A stretch of 64,000 nt of DNA. Source: Cystobasidiomycetes sp. EMM_F5 (taxonomy: Eukaryota). A program made the position numbers and the translations under genes. Positions within the stretch are counted from its first letter, which is position 1, and each line of letters opens with the position of its first letter. Positions 63,117 through 64,000 of this stretch are shown piece after piece. Where the stretch lies: assembly GCA_051047955.1 (NCBI GenBank), contig JBPGPT010000001.1:496001-560000 (forward strand), read 5' to 3'. The notes beneath the pieces were generated by a model, which was not told the origin of the DNA, did not search any database, and saw nothing but the letters and a program-made list of their open reading frames with translations.

Positions 63117-64000
63117 ATGCCTCTGCCCATGTCGTCGGCAGTAAACACCCATCAGTACGGGCGTGCCTACGAAGACAACAGTCAACAAGTATTAGACGGC
63201 GTGAATGACCGGCAGTACCCGCAGCAGTACTCACAGCAGCAGCAGCAATACGGGCAGTACTCGGGGGATGGGCAGCACGGGAGACCTTCGTATGGCGCGT
63301 CAACCTCGTCGTATAGCAATAACAATGCTGCAAGCCAGAGCGGAAGCAGCAGTAATCACAAGCAGGGAGGATCCTCTCGAAATATAGCTGACAGTAACGG
63401 TAACAACGCATACCCGCGAAGAATCGACGCCGATACGCCAACCCCGTCGACGTCCAACGCTTCGGCCTCGTCTTCCAGTAAACCCCCAATCAACAGCCCA
63501 GAAGAGATTGAGCAGAGCAGAGGGATTGCAAGAGTTCACTATTTCGAGTTCCGGCAGTACTTGGAAATTGAGGGCAGCAGAGGTGAGTTGGCATCGAATG
63601 AATGCACTCTACGCGCCCTGTGCACGTAGAAGTAACAGAGCGCGTAGGCTTAGAGGAAGGTTTACGCTGACTCCCGTGTCGATACCGACAGACCCCGACA
63701 CGCGAGCTGGTGCAAGGGAGAAACTTACGCGATTGACTCGCCAGCAATTTCAGGAACTCAGTACAGACGTATACGACGAGCTCGTGCGAAGGAAAAGGAC
63801 TGGCAACAGTGGTGGTGGTCCAAGTGAGTACATGCACGTCTTTTCTTCCTCGCAGCTCTCGCAACTGACACGTTCCGCATCCCAGATGAGTACCTGCCTG
63901 TCCGGAATGAATTCCATCCGAAACGGAATGCAGCTCGCCAAAAGCTGTCGACTCTGCCAAAAATGCGGTTTCGGGATCTAGCCTCTGACGTATACTACGA
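63117..64000 (+). CDS. SPA2: Polarisome scaffold Spa2 (GIT/SHD repeats), partial, runs off the window end
   Basis: RAGAREKLTRLTRQQFQELSTDVYDELVRR and YLPVRNEFHPKRNAARQKLSTLPKMRFRDLASDVYY are the two Spa2 homology domain repeats. Confidence 0.92.

Noticed and set aside
1..64000. tRNA, rRNA, transposon, CRISPR or prokaryotic operon features
   Set aside because: By eye I found no cloverleaf or T-loop context, rRNA motifs, transposase/RT ORFs, terminal repeats or repeat-spacer arrays; a tRNAscan/Rfam run would be needed to exclude small RNAs.

Overview
Intron-rich eukaryotic DNA, almost certainly fungal. The short (about 50-75 nt) GT-AG introns with CTRAY-like branch points, roughly balanced GC content, very tight gene packing and the protein sequences suggest a compact basidiomycete genome, possibly a Pucciniomycotina-type yeast; the taxon is inference. 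I can support about 27 protein-coding genes in 64 kb: NoxR (partial), BRE1, a TRAF-like RING protein, a Gin4/Hsl1 kinase, GH26, an MBF1-like protein, GFA, an FAD-dependent oxidoreductase, a DH-PH RhoGEF, an MBOAT_2 acyltransferase, a GH5 exo-glucanase, cysteine synthase, PPG1, an inositol 5-phosphatase, Bud4/anillin-like, a small orphan ORF, USO1/p115, a very large disordered Q-rich orphan, GST-kappa, a second CAMK-type kinase, the SFC1 carrier, old yellow enzyme, a Cys-rich GPI protein, pinin, PGS1 and SPA2 (partial). I saw no tRNA, rRNA, transposon or CRISPR. The window is mostly housekeeping sequence, and I found no clear novel multi-gene system. The best leads are a Pro-to-Trp change in the first carrier signature motif of SFC1, a roughly 1,700-aa orphan with a CID-like head, SIM-like motif and Q-rich tail, an intronless orphan facing a candidate spliced non-coding transcript, and a divergent MBF1 with a long tail. 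Gene spans are manual splice reconstructions and family calls come from motif recognition only, with no database search.
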